Shown here: positions 10,384 to 21,700 of the stretch, one piece after another
Numbering within the stretch: the stretch's first letter is position 1
Layout of the letters: each line of letters starts with the position of its first letter
Origin: an uncultured Planctomycetaceae bacterium
GTDB lineage: Bacteria; Planctomycetota; Phycisphaerae; SM23-33
Direction of reading: 5' to 3'
DNA: 64,000 nt
Assembly (NCBI GenBank): GCA_964616985.1
Contig: CAZTVF010000002.1
Location: 25,114-89,113, forward strand
Made by a program: the position numbers and the translations under genes
Notes under the pieces: model-generated
The model's input: the letters and a program-made list of their open reading frames with translations, nothing else
Databases searched by the model: none
What the model was told of the DNA's origin: nothing

Positions 10384-11868
10384 CTATCGATACCAGTTGT
10401 GCGTGGGCAGCCGCAGCGGGATGTCCTTCCAGGGCTTCGGGTTGGCCGGCTGGAACTGGACCAGGCGGCGGGCCAACTCGAGGACCATTTCGGCCCGCGT
10501 GACGGCGCATCGAGGGTCATCGAACCGATTGTTCAGTTCGGCTGGATCGCCGCCCAGGTTATAGAGTTCGCCTTCGCCGGATTCGTGGAGCACCAGCTTC
10601 CAGTCGCCGCAACGCAGCATGCGAGCGGCGCCGGACTGAACCATCGGGTTCAGCTCGTGGAAGTGAATCGGGCAATTGGCTGACCATCTCGCGGGATCGA
10701 AGTCGTCCTCGCCGCTCCAGCGGCGGCCGCCGAATCCCTGCTCGGCCAGAACGCTGGCGAACTCGGCCCGGCTGTAGGTTTCCCCCCGCAGAAGCGGCCA
10801 CAGACTCCGTCCCTGGACATCAGCCGGAAGTGGCAGTCCGGCCGCCTCGCAGAGGGTGGGAAGGACATCGACCAGGCTGACATGCGCGTCGCTGCGGCCT
10901 TGCTTGGTCACCCCGGCGCCACTGCAGATGAAGGGGATGCGCATGAGCGACTCGCTCACTCCCGCTCCTTTGCGCATGAGGCCATAGTCCCCAACATAGT
11001 CCCCGTGATCGGAGACGTAGATGATCAGCGTGTCGTCACGCCGGTTGTGCGTCGTGAGATGATCCAGCAGTCGCGCCACTTGATGATCGATCAGACGCAG
11101 CATGCCATAGTAGTTGGCGCGGTAGCGGTCCATGCGCTGGTCGATGTCGGGCATGCCCAGGTGCTCCAATTTCTGGAGGAGGCGATAGACGTAGCCCTTG
11201 GCGGCCCCTTGCTCGGCGGTGGCTATGACCGGTGGCAAATCGGCCGGGCTAAAGAGGCTGAAATAAGGCTCCGGGACGTAGTAGGGGTTGTGCGGTTCGG
11301 GAATGCTGAGCCACACGAAGAAGGGTTGTCCGTCGATCGTGTCGATCCAACGGCAGGCTTCCGCCACGGCTCGCGCGGGTGGCGTGCATTCGACACTCAT
11401 CGGCGCCGCTTCCATGCCCACGCCGTGTCGCAGCGAAGCCAGGTAAGCGTCCGCATCCGCCTCGCCCCGGCTGTGGCGGGAGTCCTGGCCGTGCGAGCCG
11501 TGGTGCGAGAGCTCGAAATAGTGGTCGAAGTTGTTCACGCCCAGATGCGAGTGGTTCTTGCCGACCAGGGCGGTGGCGTAGCCGCCCCGCCGCAGCAACT
11601 CCGGCAGGTTATCGGCGGCGCGGAAGTCGTACTGCTGATTGGTCTGGCACTGATGTGCGCTGGGGAAACGCCCGGTCATCATGCTGACACGCGCGGGCAG
11701 GCAGATCGGGGCCGTGGTATAGCCGTGGTCGAACCAGACCCCTTCGGCCGCCAGACGGTCCTGACAGGGCGTGGTGTCAAGCGCGAATCCCTCGCGGCAG
11801 CAGGCCCGGGCCTGCTGCTGATCGGTCATGAGGAGGATCATGTTGGGCGGAACCGTCGCTCTGCTCAT
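10384..11868 (-). CDS. Cys-type sulfatase
   Basis: 'NMILLMTDQQ', 'CLPARVSMMTGRFPSAH', 'VSDHGDYVGDYGL', 'DPAELNN'. The ORF track extends to 12018. ATG 11868 (MSRATVPPNMILL) forms an ATGA overlap with the stop of the upstream ORF. Confidence 0.85.
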   Translation of the reverse strand: MSRATVPPNMILLMTDQQQARACCREGFALDTTPCQDRLAAEGVWFDHGYTTAPICLPARVSMMTGRFPSAHQCQTNQQYDFRAADNLPELLRRGGYATALVGKNHSHLGVNNFDHYFELSHHGSHGQDSRHSRGEADADAYLASLRHGVGMEAAPMSVECTPPARAVAEACRWIDTIDGQPFFVWLSIPEPHNPYYVPEPYFSLFSPADLPPVIATAEQGAAKGYVYRLLQKLEHLGMPDIDQRMDRYRANYYGMLRLIDHQVARLLDHLTTHNRRDDTLIIYVSDHGDYVGDYGLMRKGAGVSESLMRIPFICSGAGVTKQGRSDAHVSLVDVLPTLCEAAGLPLPADVQGRSLWPLLRGETYSRAEFASVLAEQGFGGRRWSGEDDFDPARWSANCPIHFHELNPMVQSGAARMLRCGDWKLVLHESGEGELYNLGGDPAELNNRFDDPRCAVTRAEMVLELARRLVQFQPANPKPWKDIPLRLPTHNWYR

Positions 11869-12496
11869 ATGAAATCGATCTCCTTGGTATGCTCCCCGAT
11901 CCCGACCCCGGGAGAATCCTGCTTCAACCGCTGGCCGAAAATGCGGCAGTTCTCGAACCGCACGCCTTGGACGGTGTACGGCTCGTCGTGGCCGAGGACC
12001 CAGACGGGCATGTCGCAAGGGCGTCCTTCTACGCGGACGTTGATGAAGTGGACGTTGCGGATGTTACCGGGAGTCTTCCGCCGCTGCCAGTGATTGATCG
12101 ACGGCTGAATGTGGGCCAGGGGATGTGACTCCTCGGCATGGATGCGGAGGTTCTCAAAGCGAATGTTCTCCATCACCGTATCCTCGCCCGCCTGGATGCA
12201 GAAGACCGGTGCCGGCTCCCAGCCGCCGGCCATCGCCGGGGCGGTCCCCAGCCGAACGTGTAGGGGCTGTTGCCGCTGGGACCGCACTTCGCCGGGCCCG
12301 GCCCTGCCGCGGCGACTTCCTCTGGCATGCGGTACCGGAACGGCCAAAGCATCGCGCACGTGCGCGAGGCGAACAGATCGATCGGCCGCCCATCCACCGT
12401 CACGGCATAGTCGGCTTGCGAGTCGGTCAGCGGCCCCGCCGGCATGGGCAACTGGACCGGCCAGGGCTCGGGAATCATGTCCACTGTTCCTTGCAT
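11865..12496 (-). pseudogene. frameshifted small ORF with a beta-helix-like C-terminus (or an assembly indel)
   Basis: Two overlapping minus-strand ORFs, 12173..12496 and 11865..12359. The first looks like protein up to ...GNSPYTFGWG. The second looks like protein from ...APAMAGGWEPAPVFCIQAGEDTVMENIRFENLRIHAEE... onward. The switch lies near the C-rich run around 12235-12250. The 3' frame ends in an ATGA overlap with the sulfatase start. Confidence 0.45.
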
Positions 12497-12645
12497 CTCA
12501 GCGTCTCACTTCCGGGTGCAGCGGCAGCGGAAGCCCTGCCTGCTGGCGGGGCCAAGCGCGGTGCCGTTTGTGGGAGTGTACCAGTTGAGCGGGCGACGCT
12601 CCAGTTGCCGCTGGATCGAATGCCACGAAATAGAATGGCTCATGG

Positions 12646-12672
12646 GACTCGTAGCGCAGAAGTGTACGAGTC
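12646..12672 (-). terminator. possible hairpin downstream of the giant gene
   Basis: Perfect 8-bp stem GACTCGTA/TACGAGTC with an 11-nt loop, about 30 nt after the TAG at 12702-12704. No U-tract follows, so it is weak as an intrinsic terminator. Confidence 0.25.
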
Positions 12673-12701
12673 GGCGCGGTGGTGCTTTTAGAAGATGGGG
12701 C

Positions 12702-15700
12702 CTAGGCTCGAGGCTCTGCCCATTCATTCAGGAGCGTCAGTGCCTCCGCCGCCAGGGACCAGGCCGCTTCGTCCGTCAGCGTCCTCAGAGAGGCCGAACC
12801 GTCGAACCGAGCGGCGACATCGGCTTCATGACGTCGGGCCAAGCCGCACGACTGCTGTAGCACCGTCATCACGTTCATTGACACCGACTCGTCTGCCGCC
12901 GGAGAATCCGCCCAGACGCACGCGACTTGCTGCAAGAGCGGCGTGTTGGGGCGCGGCAGCGACTCACCGGCAATCACGGCCAGGCTGTCCAGCGTGGGCA
13001 GAGTGTTGGGACGCACAGGGGCGATGGTCCGCGAGAGCGGAGCCAGAGGCAAGCCCATGAGGTCCACAGTGAGGTCGCCCGTGACGGACGACGGCAACGA
13101 ACCGGTCGACGCGGTCGGGGACGGGGCCACAAGGGCGGCGGGCGCGACCACGGCGTCAACGGGTGTCATGACAAGAGCGGCATCGGCCGGGGCGTCAGCG
13201 ACGATAGAGGCTGCCGCGGACTCCTCGAGCAACGGGGCGGGCGGCATGGGCTCCGTGATTTCATCATGGGCGGGCGTATCGACTGGGTCCAGCGCGCCGG
13301 TCAAGACTTCCGGCTGAGGCTGGTCTGCGGCGGGCGTAGGCGCATCGGTTGTCGCCGGTGCCGGCTCGGGAGCGCCCGGGGTGACGGGGTCACCCGTGGT
13401 CGGGGCTAGCTCGTTGGCCGGCACTTCTGGCTGAGGCTGGTCTGCGGCGGGCGTAGGCGCATCGGTTGTCGCCGGTGCCGGCTCGGGCGCAGGCTCAGGA
13501 GCGCCCGGGGTGACGGGGTCACCTGTGGTCGGGGCTGGCTCGTTGGCCGGCACTTCCGGCTGAGGCTGGTCTGCGGCGGGCGTAGGCGCATCGGTTGTCG
13601 CCGGTGTCGGCTCGGGCGCAGGCTCGGGAGCGGCCGGAGTGACAGGGTCACCCGTCGTCGGGGGCTGCGTGTCGGCGACTACCTCCGGCGCGCTGGCTCG
13701 CGGCGGTTGCTCGGCTGCTTCTTGCTGCGATGGCGGCGCAAGCGGGCTCAGGACCTTCAGGTAGTTGGCGCGGAGACGAAGCATATCGACCGCGTCAACA
13801 TCGCCGTCATTGTCCGCGTCGAACGCGGCGTTGTACTTGGGGTCGGCTGACGAGCGCAGGTACGCCGCACGCATGCGCAGCATTTCCAGAGAGTCGACTG
13901 CGCGATTGCCATCGGTGTCGCCGAAGTAGCGATGGAACGCGAAGTGGTAGTCGCCGCCGGCGGCGCCGTTGGCGTTGCCGTCGAGCCAGTTGCCCGCAGC
14001 ATCCGTCACGCCGCTGCCGGTGACAGTAACGTAGTAGTTGCCATCGGGCAGCGAACCGCCCAGCAGGGTGGCGAAGGTCAGGCGGGCCAAGCTGCTGACG
14101 GGATCATAGGTGAGCGCGATGGCCGAGCGATCAATCGCCAACCCGGTGTCGAGGTTGAGGATTTCGATGTCCTCGACCCCCAGACTGCCGCTGACATCCT
14201 CGCTGAACGAGATCGTGATCTCATTCACCATGGAGCGGCCGGCCGCCCCGTTGTTCACGCCCGAAGCCGTCACCGAAGGCGCGAGCACATCGTCCGCCTC
14301 GTCGTCGAGATTGGTCAGTGCGACGGACGCGGCGGCCAGGCCCTGGTAATCCGCATCCGAGCTGGCGGCGGGGCCCACGCTCACGGTGAAGGACTTGTTC
14401 CCATCGCGAACGATGTCATTCGCGCCTGTCACAGTCACAGTCTGCGGCTGGTTCCAGTTGGCGGCGGTGAACGTCAGCAGGTTCGTGGAGACCGTGCCTT
14501 CGGCCGCGTTCGATGAGGTGATCGGCACGGTGACGGTTGTCGACGGTTGGCTCTGCAGCGAGACCGAGAAGCTGGCTGTCCCGCCGCTTTCGGTCACCAC
14601 CAGGCCCGCGGTGGGAGTCACGATGACACCGGCGCCCAGGACGCGGAACTCGCGCACCCAGTCGCCGCCGGCCTGCCCGTCGCTGTTGCCGTCCAGCGCG
14701 CGGCCGGACAGGTCGTGCAGGGCTGCCCCCGCCCCGCCGCGAACGGTCAGGCGGTAGAGGCCTGCGGGGATCGCGCCTTGCGTGAGGTTCAGCACGATGC
14801 TCATGCCGCCAGTTGTGTATTGAGGCAGGAGGGAGATCAGCGTGTCGCCGCTGCCGAACGTGTCGCCGCCGGCCTTGCGGAGTTCGTAATTGCCGCTGGC
14901 AAGGGCGTCGATCTCGTCCACGGCCTCGCTGAGGCCCAAGGTGATCTGCGACATCCGCTGGCCGGTCTGGCCGGACGCGGCGACGACCGACGGCGTCGAA
15001 CCCGAGATCGTCGGGGCGGCGACGTCCAATGTGCTGCCGCGGAACTCGTACGCGCCGATATCGACAATGCCCGCTTGAGTGGCGGTTCGGATGCTGGCGG
15101 CGGCCGTAAGGTTTGACTGCCCGTCATACGGCAGCAGCAGGTAATGGTAACCGGTGCCGTCGGAGATTCCAGCCGTCGGCGCGGGCAGGCTGGCATTGCC
15201 CAGGCCATAGTCGAACTGCACCCGTCCGTCGGTGAAGAGGGTCGCGCTGAAGTTCGCGTCGTTGCCGTTGGCCACCACGGTGGCGTTCCAGCGGATCGTC
15301 ACCTGTCCGGCGACGGAGCTATCGACGTAGATGTCGTCGCCGGCGCCGTTGGTCTTCAGGTCGGCCCACAGCGGCGCGATCATCGGCCTTGCGATCAATT
15401 CGGCCTGAGTGTTCGTCTTATCGAACGACTGGTAATAGTCATTGCCAAAGTATATGAAACCGTTGGTGGAGACCCGGCAGGACGTGTAGACCGCGTCGTA
15501 GAACGAGAACGTGAAGCCGCCCGTGAAGGTCAGCGTCCAATAGGTGTCGTCCGACTTCCAATTCTGGGCCGTGCCGACCATCGCGAACTGGCTGCTGCCG
15601 AGGCTGGCGGCGGTGTAGTCGCCGCTGCCCGCGTTGACGGTGCCGGGGTCATCCAGGCGCGTCTGGCCTGTGATGTCGGCGGCGGGCAGCTTCCACGAGT

Positions 15701-18700
15701 GGCCGCGATCGATGGCGGTGGATCCCGCCGAAAGGTTGAAGTTGTCATCCCTGCCGCCATCCATCAGGCTTCCGCCCATGGGGGCCGCGTAGCCCATGAC
15801 GTTGTCCGCACCGCTGGGGTCAACGAACAGCGGGTTGCCCGTCGCCGAGCGCAGGTCCTGGCCGCTCGCCGCCTGCCACTCGCCCAGCGAGGCCGCCACC
15901 GTGCTGGACCAGCGCCCCGCATTGCCCGAAACGTAGGGCAGGTAGAACAGGTTGTAATCGGCCGCGTAGCCGGTCGTCGTGCCGGGCGTGACACGGATGC
16001 AATAACCGTTGTCCACCTGCAGGATGTTGTTGTACAGGTGGATGTATCGCGCGTTGGTGTCGATGCGGATGGCGTCGCCGACGGGCTGGTAGACCGTATT
16101 GGACACCACGTCCAGAGCATAGCTGCTGCTGGAGCCGGCGGTGAGTTGCAGGCCAAGGTCGTTGTTGGCGTAGATGAGATTGTTCTCGATCCGTCCGCCG
16201 TACGTGTTGGCGCTGTTTATACCCGTGCCGTTGGAATAGATCGTGTTCCGCCGCACCGTGCCACCGGCCATGTTGATGCCCGTGGTGTTGGCGTAGAGGC
16301 GGTTGCCTTCATACACGGCGTTGTCGGTGGTCTTGATGGCCGTCGTGGTGTGGTGGACGATGTTGTCCCGCACGGCGAAACCGTAGCCGGCGATGCCGGT
16401 GCCGCTGCCGTAGACTTCATTGGCGACCACCTCAACCGTCGATGAACTCGTGTAGATCGCCGGGCGATTGACGCCGCCGGCGTTGTTGTACACGGTGTTC
16501 GACTGCACCAGCGTCCAGCCGCTTGCGTAGATGCCGTAGTTGGTCGTGTCGTGGATGACGTTGTTATGCACCAGCGTCTGCACGGTCGAGCCAGCCAGAA
16601 TGTAGAGCCCGAATTCGTTGTTCCACGACTCGTTGAACGAGACCTCGCCACTGCTGCCGCCGTCGAACTGCAGGCCGTAGGCATAGTGGTCGTGGAAACG
16701 GCTGTTGCGGACGATTGTCGAGCCGCTGCCGATGTACAGGCCGTGGTCCTGGTTGACGCCGCTGTATGCGCTGCCATCGGTCTCCACGCCATCGATCGTC
16801 ACGCCCGCATTGCCAGTGCCGATGTAGAGGCCGCGGACGTTGTTGCCGTACAGGCGGCTTGCGGTCAGGGTGAACCGCTCGCTGCCGGCGGAGTCGGCGC
16901 CGTAGATGCCGGTGTCGGCGCCGGTGATGGACACGTCGCGCATCGTCACGTCGTCGGCGCCCGCGAGCTTGAACGCATACAATCCCGCGGTAGTCGCCCC
17001 GCGGTTGAAAATCGCATGCCGGTCGGCGTGGCCGGCGTCGCTATAGCCCAGAATCGTCACGCCGCTGAAGCGGCTGTCCAGCGTGAGGTTCCGCAGGATG
17101 GCATAGGCGCCCGTGTCGACGAAGATGCGATCGCCGGCGGAGGGGGTGTACAGAGCCAGCAAACCCTGCAGGCTGGCCATCGGGGCATCGGCGCTCTTGC
17201 CGCTGTTGAGGTCATTGCCGGGAGCGGTGGTCCAGTCGCCGGGCAGGACGGCCGCGTCGTTGATGTAGTAGTCGTTGCCCGCGGCCACGACCTGGAAGGC
17301 GCGGTCTGATGCATCGGAGACGCCGGTCGCCGCCGAGACGATGCGCAGCTTGGCATTGCTGCTGACGGGCGATTGGACGTTCCAGAGATATTCGCCGCGA
17401 CCGAGACGATCCATCGCCAGGTTCGAGGCGATGGGGGCCCAGGTCTGTCCGTCATCGGTGGAGCCTTCGAGATTGACCGTGGGCGACGCCGCGCCAAGGG
17501 GCTCGGCCGCCAGCACCTCAATGCCGGAAATGATCGCATAGCTCGTGCGGTTGACGAAGGACAGGTGAATGCCCGAGCCGCCCGACGCCGTCACCTGGAA
17601 CTCGCGGACGGTGGCGATGTTCTTGCCACCGGCGGCAGCGGCGATGTCGAAGTTAGACTGCGCCGTCTGGCCCTGGAGCACGATATCGAATTTCCGCGAG
17701 CCGGCCGCGGCGTTGGTCGGATCGGCAAAATGCAGCCGGATTGTGAACGTGCCATCCGGCGTGGGAATGCTGTACGAAAGGTTGGACCAGTAGTTGCCGA
17801 CATACGACGCGTACACGTCGGCCGGGGCGGGGTTGGATACGCCCACGGTCGAGACGGTCGCGGTGTTCATGTAGGCATCGCCGCCGGTGCGGTACACATC
17901 GCTCCAGTAACCGTTCGGAGCGCCGCCCGCATTGCTCTGCACGAGGGCCCTGTAGGAAGACAGCCCCCACGATTGCCACTGCACTTTGACCGTATCGCCC
18001 TGGGTCACTTTCTCCAAGCCATTGAGAGTGAGCAGGCTGACGCCTTGAGCTGCGCTGCCCACCTGCGCTGCCGCCGTGCCGCCCTGATGACCCAGCGTAG
18101 CACGGTTGACGCCACCCAACGCCTGGGCCGGGGCCGCGAGGAAGGGATCGCCCTTGCCGACGGCGGGGGAAGCGGCGGCGAGACTGAAGTTGTCGTCCAG
18201 GCCGCCATCGACGCCGCCGGTGTAGCCCAACACATTGTCGACGCCGTTGGGATCCACGAACAGCGGATCGCCCTGGCCGCTGTGGAAGTCTGATGCGAGC
18301 TTGTAGAACCACTCCTCCACCGTGGCGAACGTTTGCCCCTGCCACAGCCCCACCTTGCCCGTGCCGGTAGTATAGAACAGGTTGTAGTCGCTATCGAAGC
18401 CGACCTGGCTGTCGTCGGACACGCTGACACCGTAGCCCGAGCCGACGTAGATGATGTTGTTCCGCAGGCTGACATTTGTGGACGCGTTCTGCAGGCGAAT
18501 CGCGTCGCCGGCCTGCTGGTAGATCGTGTTGTTGACGATCTGTGACTGGCCGATGCCCACGTTGTCCATCACCAAGGCGGCGGTGGTGTTCGCGTAGATG
18601 AGGTTATTGACGATCCGGCTGGAGTAGTACCCGCCCGACCGAATGCCCACGAGATTGGAGTACACCCGGTTCGCTTCAATCAGGCCGCTGGAGGTGAGGA

Positions 18701-21700
18701 TGCCCGTGTCGCAGAAGTAGACCCGGTTCCCGCGTATCACGAGGCCGCTGCTGCCGGAGCCCTGGATGCCGGTGGTGGAATCATAGACGACGTTGTCAAC
18801 TACGTCGGCATACCAGCCCAGGTACATCGCACTCCCGCCAGCGTGGTGAACGGAGTAGGCGGTATTCCCCGTAACGAACGCCGCGCCGACCTCCATGCCC
18901 TTGTAGGACTGTCCGTGGACAGTATTGCCGCTGACCGTCGTCCAGTTCACCCGATCATTGGCGCCCGACGATGAGTAAATGCCGATCTGGCTGCCGATCA
19001 CCTCGTTGCCCGTGACCGAGCCTCTCTGTCCGTTGTACAAGATGCCGTAGTAGTTGCTGTTGTTCTGGACATGGTTGTCGGCGATGACCGAGTCGGCGCC
19101 GGTGACGTACATCGCGTAGTAAGAGCCGCCGCCGTACATGTCATGCGCGTCGTTGCCGCGAACCTCGGCCCGGTCGCTGGCGATGTAGAGGCCCTTGGGC
19201 TGGCGGATGCCGGCGTAAACCTGCCCATGCAGCGTGCTGTTCAGCACGTTGGCATCCGTGTTGCCGGTGCCCAGGTACACGCCGTAGTCGCTGTTGCCGA
19301 AGAACCAGCAACCCAGGACCGTAAGATTCACGCTGCCGGCGGAGTCGGCCGCGTATACGCCGCGGTAGGCGCCCGCGATGCGGAGGTACTCCAGCGAGAC
19401 GTCGTCCGCGCCGGTGAGCTGGATGGCGTAGCTGGTGGAGGACGTGTTGTTGCGGTTGAGCAGCGCGTAGCGGTCCGTGTGGGCCGGGTCGTTGTAACCC
19501 ACGATGCGGATGCCCGACTGGGCGGCTGCCAGCACGATGTTGCTCGACAGCGTGTAGGCGCCCGCGTCGACGTAGATGATGTCGCCCGCGCCCAGCTGGT
19601 AACTGCTCAACACGCTGGCGATGGTGGCCCGCGGGGTGGCGCGGGTCAGGCCGTCGGCGGCGTCGCTGCCGGCGGCGGTCGTCCAGTCAAAGCCATCGCC
19701 GCCGACGGCGGAGTCGTTGACGTAGTAGACCGCGGCTGCGGGCACGATGCTGAACACATCGCTGAGGCCGACCGTGCTGTCGGTCCGTGTGATGCGGATC
19801 GTATAGCTGTCGCCCTGGGCCAGCTCGCGCGGCAGCGTCCATGCCAGACTGCCTGTGTTGGCGACGCCCGTGGCGATCGTGCGGACGAACGCGCCGCCCG
19901 AAAGCAATTCCACGTCCACCGTACCCGTCGTGTCCTGGCTGCGCCAGCGGATCGTCGAAGACCGGTTGGTCATCCAGGACTCGCCGGCCGACGGCGCAAG
20001 CACCGTCACATACGCCAGTGGGCTCTTGGAGGCCTGCGCCGTGTTGCCATAGGCCCCGATGTTGACGAAGCCGCCGTTGGGCGACGGCTCATTCGAGTAG
20101 GCCTTGGATGCGTCGCCGCGGTCAATCGCCGGCGACTGCTGCGCGTCCAGCGTCCAGTCGCCGCTCGCGGCCGCCGGCAGGCCGGTGCTGACATCGAGCA
20201 TTGCGGCCAGGCTGCCGTTGTGGAAGCTGCCGGTGAGGCTCTGCAGGTGGAAGTCGCCGGCCGAAGCGTTTACGAACAGCGGGTTGACCGCCAGGCTGTT
20301 GGCGTCCTGCAGTGACGCTGCCCGCCACTGGGCAAGCGTCAGTCGGTCGCCACCGTAGTACCCCGCCTTGCCGGTGCCGGTGGCAAAGATCAGGTTGTAG
20401 TCACTGGCGAAGGCCAACTGGCTGTCGTTGGAGACGTAGAGGCCGTAGCCGCCGGCGACCTGGACGATGTTGTTCACCAGTGTCACATGATTGGCCAAGG
20501 CCTCCATACGGATGCCATCGCCCGCGGGCTGGTAGATCGTATTGTTGGCAATCTGGAAGGCGTCATATGACGACGTGGCGCCCTGAAGCAGCAGGCCGAC
20601 CGATGCGTTGCCGGAGATGACGTTGTTCAGTACTTGCGTGGAGTAATATCCATAGGCCCGGATGCCGGTGACGTTGTCGCGAACGACGTTCTGCTCGATC
20701 AAGCCCGATGTCGTCCGGATGCCGATGACGTTGCCGTACACCAGATTGCCGCGGACGGTAAGCCCGGTGTAGTTGCCACTGCGAATGCCCCAGGTATTGT
20801 CATAGACCACGTTGCCGATGATCAGGCCGTTGGCAACGATGGCGCCGACGGCGGCGCCTTCGACCTCCACGTGATGGATGCCATAGACCGTATTGCCAAT
20901 GATGCGGGCGGAGCTGTACGTCTGGATGCCCACAACGCTCTGCCCATGCACGATGTTTCCAGAGACTTCAACCCAGTCAGCCTGGGCCGAGCCATTCCCG
21001 ACGTAGATGCCGCTGATGCCGCCCGAAACCTGATTGCCCCTGGCAATAGACCTCGCGCCCTGCACCTCAATGCCGTTGTAGTTGTCTAGCAGGATGTTGT
21101 TCTCGGCCACCGAATCGACGCCGATCATCTCGATGCCGTTGCGGTACCGCTCATTCAGGTCATGAACGGTATTGCCCGCCACGCTCGCCGCGGCCCCGCC
21201 GGTGTGCACGCCGCCATCCTGCGCGATGCCGCCGGACGACAGGCCGCTGAACTCGTTGCCGGTGACGACCGGGCCGGCAATGCCCGTCCCCAGCCAGATG
21301 CCCCAGTCGGTATTGCCGTAGAAGCGGCCGTTCTCGATCCGGATGCCGCTGCCGACGACGCCATCGGCCGCATAGATGCCCGTGTAGGCGCCGGTGATCC
21401 ACAGGTGCTCCAGCGACGTGTTCGATGCGCCGGAGAATTCGATGCCATAGCTGCCGGCCGCGGTATTACCGCGATTGAGCACGGCGTGACGGTCGCTGTG
21501 CGACGCGTCATGGTAGCCCACGATGCGGATGCCCGACTGGGCCGCTGTCAGGAACAGGTTGGAGTTCAATGCGTACGTGCCGGCATCGACGTAGATGGCG
21601 TCGCCGGCCTGCAGTTCATAGCTGTCGAAGACGGCCTGGATGGATGACTTCGGCGAGTCCGCCGACAGGCCGGAGTTAGCCAGGCTGCCGGCGGCGCGGG

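Noticed and set aside
13300-13680. CRISPR-like or intergenic tandem repeat.
   Set aside because: The repeats are contiguous with no spacers. They are in frame within the giant ORF and encode a PT-rich linker.
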